Assembly (NCBI GenBank): GCA_021825505.1
Contig: JAKAHP010000001.1
Coordinates: forward strand, 1-39,899
DNA: 39,899 nucleotides
Source of the DNA: Pseudomonadota bacterium
GTDB taxonomy: Bacteria > Pseudomonadota > Gammaproteobacteria > Burkholderiales > Burkholderiaceae_C
Reading direction: 5' to 3'
Below the pieces are notes generated by a model. It had not been told where the DNA came from, did not search any database, and saw only the letters and a program-made list of their open reading frames with translations. This document shows, one piece after another, positions 36,384 to 39,899 of this stretch (position 1 is the stretch's first letter; each line of letters opens with the position of its first letter). Position numbers and translations under genes: made by a program.

Positions 36384-37670
36384 ATGCTGTCCGAGCGCCT
36401 GTTCGTCCAGCCCGCCACCGCGAGGCTGTCGGCGCTGCCCCTGCCGTGCGCTGTGCAACTGCCCGGCGGGCGCCGCATCGGCGCGGCCCGGCCCGCCCTG
36501 CAACTGATCGTGCGCGATGCGCGCGCGCTGCTGCATCTGGCGCAGGGCGCCATCGGCCGGATGGCCGAAGATTACGTCGAGGGGCGCCTGGAGATCGAGG
36601 GTCGCATGCGCGACCTGATGGCCGCGGCGCCGGCACTGCTGCCGCATGACCCGACCCGCGCGGCGGCAGCCGGGCCGATGCGCATGCTGCAACGCGCGTC
36701 GCGCCTGCTGTGGGAACACACCCATCACAGCCGCGCGCGCGACGCCGCGCAGGTGCAGAGCCACTACGACGTCGGCGATGCGTTCTACGCGCTGTGGCTC
36801 GACCCGCGACGCGTCTATTCGTGCGCCTACTTCGAGCGCGACGACATGAATCTGGCGCAGGCCCAGGAAGCCAAGCTCGACCTGATCTGCCGCAAGCTGA
36901 TGCTCGCGCCGGGAGAGCGCCTGCTCGACATCGGCGCCGGCTGGGGCGGGCTGCTGCTGTGGGCTGCCGAGCATTACGGCGTGGACGCCACCGGCATCAC
37001 GCTGTCGCGCAACCAGTACGAATACGTCAACCGCCTGATCGAACGCAAAGGCCTGCAGCGACGCGTGCGCATGCTGCTGCTGGACTACCGCGACGTCGAT
37101 GAGCGCGAGCCGTGGGACAAGATCGCGTCGGTGGGCATGTGCGAGCATGTCGGTCGCCCGCACCTGGCGCCGTATTTCGCGAAACTGCGACGCTTGCTGC
37201 GCCCCGGCGGCCTGCTGTTGAACCACGGCATCACGGCCGGCGGCACCGACAACCCGCAGCTCGCCAGCGGCATGGGCGACTTCATCGAGAAGTACATCTT
37301 CCCCGGCGGTCAGCTCGTGCACGTGTCGCTGATGCTCGACGGCATGGCACGCGGCGGGCTCGAGCCGCTCGACGTCGAATGCCTGCGCCCCCACTACGCG
37401 CGCACGCTGTGGCACTGGGCCGACGCGCTCGAGGCGCATCTCGACGACGCGCGCCAGGTGCTCGGCGCGCACGCCGAGCGCGTGATCCGCGCCTGGCGGC
37501 TGTACCTGGCGGGATCGGCGATGGGTTTCGAGCAAGGCTGGATCTCCTTGCACCAGGTGCTCGGTGCGCGTGCCGACGGCGCCGACCCGTCATCGTCCAG
37601 GCTGCGCGGCGCGCGCAGCGCCTATCCGTTCCGGCGCGGCTATATGTATCCACCCCCGGCCGGCGACTGA
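36384..37670 (+). CDS. cfa: Cyclopropane-fatty-acyl-phospholipid synthase family methyltransferase
   Basis: HYDVG, YSCAYF, LLDIGAGWG, SVGMCEHVG, YIFPGG and HYARTL motifs. AGGAG RBS before 36384. Confidence 0.9.
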   Translation: MLSERLFVQPATARLSALPLPCAVQLPGGRRIGAARPALQLIVRDARALLHLAQGAIGRMAEDYVEGRLEIEGRMRDLMAAAPALLPHDPTRAAAAGPMRMLQRASRLLWEHTHHSRARDAAQVQSHYDVGDAFYALWLDPRRVYSCAYFERDDMNLAQAQEAKLDLICRKLMLAPGERLLDIGAGWGGLLLWAAEHYGVDATGITLSRNQYEYVNRLIERKGLQRRVRMLLLDYRDVDEREPWDKIASVGMCEHVGRPHLAPYFAKLRRLLRPGGLLLNHGITAGGTDNPQLASGMGDFIEKYIFPGGQLVHVSLMLDGMARGGLEPLDVECLRPHYARTLWHWADALEAHLDDARQVLGAHAERVIRAWRLYLAGSAMGFEQGWISLHQVLGARADGADPSSSRLRGARSAYPFRRGYMYPPPAGD

Positions 37671-37748
37671 TCACTGGCCGCCTCGGCAAGCGCATGCGGG
37701 CCGCTGCCGGCGGCCCGTCAAGTCAGCCCGCGCTTCGAGAGGTGCATC

Positions 37749-38195
37749 ATGGCCATCGTCAAATGGGATCCCTGGCAGGAGATCGAAGACATGTTCGACC
37801 GCTACACGCGCGCGGTCGGCTGGCCGCGCAAGTTCGCCCAATCGGGAGAACTCGTCGCGTCGCCCGACTGGTCGCCGCGGGTCGACATCGCCGAGACGCC
37901 GCAGGCGTTCACCGTGAAGGCCGAGATTCCGTCGGTCGAGAAGGACGACGTGAAAATCACAATCGAAGGCGGCATGGTCACGCTGACCGGCGAGCGTCGT
38001 CAGGAGAAGGAAGAGAAGGACAAGACCTTCCACCGCATCGAGCGCTTCTACGGCACCTTCAGCCGCAGCTTCTCGCTGCCCGACAACATCGATGCGGCGG
38101 CGGCGAAGGCAAGCTTCAAGGATGGCGTGCTGACGCTGGAGATCCCGAAAACCGAAGCGGCCAGGCCCAAGGGCATCGAAGTCAAGGTCGACTGA
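37749..38195 (+). CDS. Hsp20 / alpha-crystallin small heat-shock protein
   Basis: PRVDIAE, ERFYGTFSRSFSLP and FKDGVLTLEIPK motifs. Confidence 0.94.
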   Translation: MAIVKWDPWQEIEDMFDRYTRAVGWPRKFAQSGELVASPDWSPRVDIAETPQAFTVKAEIPSVEKDDVKITIEGGMVTLTGERRQEKEEKDKTFHRIERFYGTFSRSFSLPDNIDAAAAKASFKDGVLTLEIPKTEAARPKGIEVKVD

Positions 38196-38267
38196 TTCGC
38201 CGGCGTCGTGCCGACACGGCACCCCGGCTTGCACACTCTCTGCCCCTCCACTCAAGACGAGGTGCGC

Positions 38268-38801
38268 ATGGACAAGATCGCTTTCGAGCTCGCGCAGGTC
38301 TACCAGCTGCTCGAGCCTGGCCCGGTGCTGCTGCTGGCCACCGCGGGCCCACAAAGGCCGAACGTGATGACGTTGAGCTGGCAGACCATGGTCGAATTCG
38401 AACCCCCGCTGGTCGCCTGCGTGCTCAGCCCGTCCGACTACAGTTTCGAGACGCTGCAACGCGACGGTGAATGCACGCTCAACATCCCTGACGCCGGGCT
38501 GGTCGATGCCGTGGTCGGGTGCGGCAACCACTCGGGGCGTGACCTCGACAAGTTCGCCGCCTTCGGCCTGACGCCGCGGCCGGCCGCGACGGTCGCCGCC
38601 CCGCTGATCGACGAGTGCGACGCCAGCCTCGAGTGCCGCGTCGTCGAGCGCGACCTGGTCGAGCGCCACGGGCTGTTCATCGTCGAGGTCGTGCGCGCCT
38701 GTCGTCGGCCCGGCCAGCCGCAGCGCACGCTGCACCACTGCGGTCAAGGCACCTTCCGCATCGCGGGCGAAACGCTGCACCTGCCGTCGGCGATGCGCTG
38801 A
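38268..38801 (+). CDS. Flavin reductase family protein (FMN-binding split barrel)
   Basis: LEPGPVLL, NVMTLSW, GNHSGRDLDKF and LECRV. GAGGT RBS before 38268. Confidence 0.85.
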   Translation: MDKIAFELAQVYQLLEPGPVLLLATAGPQRPNVMTLSWQTMVEFEPPLVACVLSPSDYSFETLQRDGECTLNIPDAGLVDAVVGCGNHSGRDLDKFAAFGLTPRPAATVAAPLIDECDASLECRVVERDLVERHGLFIVEVVRACRRPGQPQRTLHHCGQGTFRIAGETLHLPSAMR

Positions 38802-38839
38802 ACACCGGCTGCCGCGAACACCGCGGCAATCGTAGGGAT

Positions 38840-38894
38840 TTGGCCGAATCGCGGGAATGGCCTAGCATAGGCGCAAACGCAAACCATTCTCATT
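38840..38894 (+). promoter_or_regulatory. feoAB promoter with Fur-like box
   Basis: TTGGCC-17 bp-TAGCAT at 38840-38868. It is followed by AAACGCAAACCATTCTCATT at 38875-38894, which contains an ATTCTCATT Fur half-site. Confidence 0.6.
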
Positions 38895-38898
38895 CGCT

Positions 38899-39159
38899 AT
38901 GACGACATCACTCCCCCTTCCCTTGCTGCCGCTGGCCGCGCTGCGCCGCGGCCAATGCGCGCGCATCGCCGCGATCAGCGCCGACGCCGCCCGACGGGTC
39001 GCGATGCTCGGCCTGCGCCGCGGCGTCGAATTGAGCGTGCTGCACGGACCGGACGCGCGTGGCGCGGTGGTGCGCGTCGGCACCGCGCGCATCGCACTCG
39101 GCCGCGAACTCGTCGACGCGGTCGCGGTGACCACCACGCCGCCGGAGGCGATGACATGA
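38899..39159 (+). CDS. feoA: Ferrous iron transport protein A
   Basis: RRVAMLGLRRG and VRVGTARIALGR motifs. ATGA overlap with feoB. Confidence 0.88.
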   Translation: MTTSLPLPLLPLAALRRGQCARIAAISADAARRVAMLGLRRGVELSVLHGPDARGAVVRVGTARIALGRELVDAVAVTTTPPEAMT

Positions 39160-39899
39160 GCGCCGCGCACGGCCGCTCCGAAGCGGCGCTCAGCCCCCTC
39201 GGGGGGCCGGCGCGCAGCGCCGAGGGGCACACCAGCGCGCCGCACGGCCGCTCCGAAGCGGCGCTCAGCCCCCTCGGGGGGCCGGCGCGCAGCGCCGAGG
39301 GGCACACCAGCGCGCCGCACGGCCGCTCCGAAGGCGCGCTCAGCCCCCTCGGGGGGCCGGCGCGCAGCGCCGGGGGGCACACCACCCGCGCGCCTGTGAT
39401 CGCGCTGGCCGGCAACCCGAACTGCGGCAAGACGACGCTGTTCAACCTGCTGACCGGCGCACGCCAACAGACCGGGAACTGGCCGGGGGTGACCGTCGAG
39501 CGGCGCCGCGGCAGCGTCGCGCTGCGCGGCCGCCGTGCCACTCTGGTCGACCTGCCCGGGGTCTACAGCCTGCTCGGCGGCGGCGGCGAGGATCAGCGCG
39601 TCGCGCGCGATTACCTGCTGGGCGGCGAAGTCGACCTCGTCGTGCTGGTGGCCGACGCGTCGAACCTCGAGCGCCATCTGTTGCTGGGGGCCGAGCTGAT
39701 CGAGACCGGGTTGCCCTTGATCGTCGTGCTCAACATGGTCGACGAAGCCCGCGCGGCCGGCCTCGAGCCACGCCCGGAAGCGCTCGCACGGCACCTGGGC
39801 GTGCCGGTCGTGGCGATGGTCGCGCGCCGCGGGCGCGGTCGCGTCGCGCTGCTCGACGCGCTGGCCGACGCGCTGCGCGATCCGCCGCGGCCGCGCAGG
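39156..39899 (+). CDS. feoB: Ferrous iron transport protein B (partial, runs off window)
   Basis: Not in the ORF track. G1 GNPNCGKT, G2 GNWPGVTVE, G3 DLPG and G4 NMVD are in frame with ATG 39156. Confidence 0.93.
   Translation, partial: MSAAHGRSEAALSPLGGPARSAEGHTSAPHGRSEAALSPLGGPARSAEGHTSAPHGRSEGALSPLGGPARSAGGHTTRAPVIALAGNPNCGKTTLFNLLTGARQQTGNWPGVTVERRRGSVALRGRRATLVDLPGVYSLLGGGGEDQRVARDYLLGGEVDLVVLVADASNLERHLLLGAELIETGLPLIVVLNMVDEARAAGLEPRPEALARHLGVPVVAMVARRGRGRVALLDALADALRDPPRPRR
39157..39384 (+). repeat. Three tandem 75-bp structured repeats in frame at the feoB 5' end
   Basis: CGCACGGCCGCTCCGAA recurs at 39166, 39241 and 39316. Each unit holds CCCCCTCGGGGGG and encodes about HGRSEAALSPLGGPARSAEGHTSAP. 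Confidence 0.92.

Noticed and set aside
39157-39384. feoB-proximal repeats as a CRISPR array
   Set aside because: The units are contiguous near-identical 75-mers with no unique spacers. They stay in frame with feoB, and there are no cas genes in the window.

Overview
High-GC window whose gene content and order look betaproteobacterial (Burkholderiales-like); this assignment is an inference. Accessory left arm (1-11 kb): a lipoprotein with probable beta-propeller repeats runs off the window edge. Next are a VpsR-like sigma-54 activator and a five-gene operon resembling the Fap functional-amyloid system (fapB/C/D/E/F-like, no fapA). The operon has a canonical sigma-54 promoter and two candidate activator sites. 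Two small unknown proteins, an orphan PAS histidine kinase and a divergent GGDEF / HD-GYP pair follow. Core middle (11-34 kb): queE, a DEAD-box helicase, gluQ, an aa3-type cytochrome c oxidase cluster, bioC-like/comF/trmL, a TetR-led beta-oxidation operon, slmA, a HAD nucleotidase and argB. The oxidase cluster lacks ctaG/cox11 and has both acidic Mg-site ligands replaced by amides. Right arm (34-40 kb): a stress/hypoxia-type cluster (PRT, CBS, Sel1, cfa, Hsp20, flavin reductase) and Fur-boxed feoAB. One structured repeat family occurs intergenically at 24.5 kb and as three in-frame 75-bp copies at the feoB 5' end. I saw no rRNA, tRNA, CRISPR array or transposase. All calls come from reading motifs by eye; no database searches were run.
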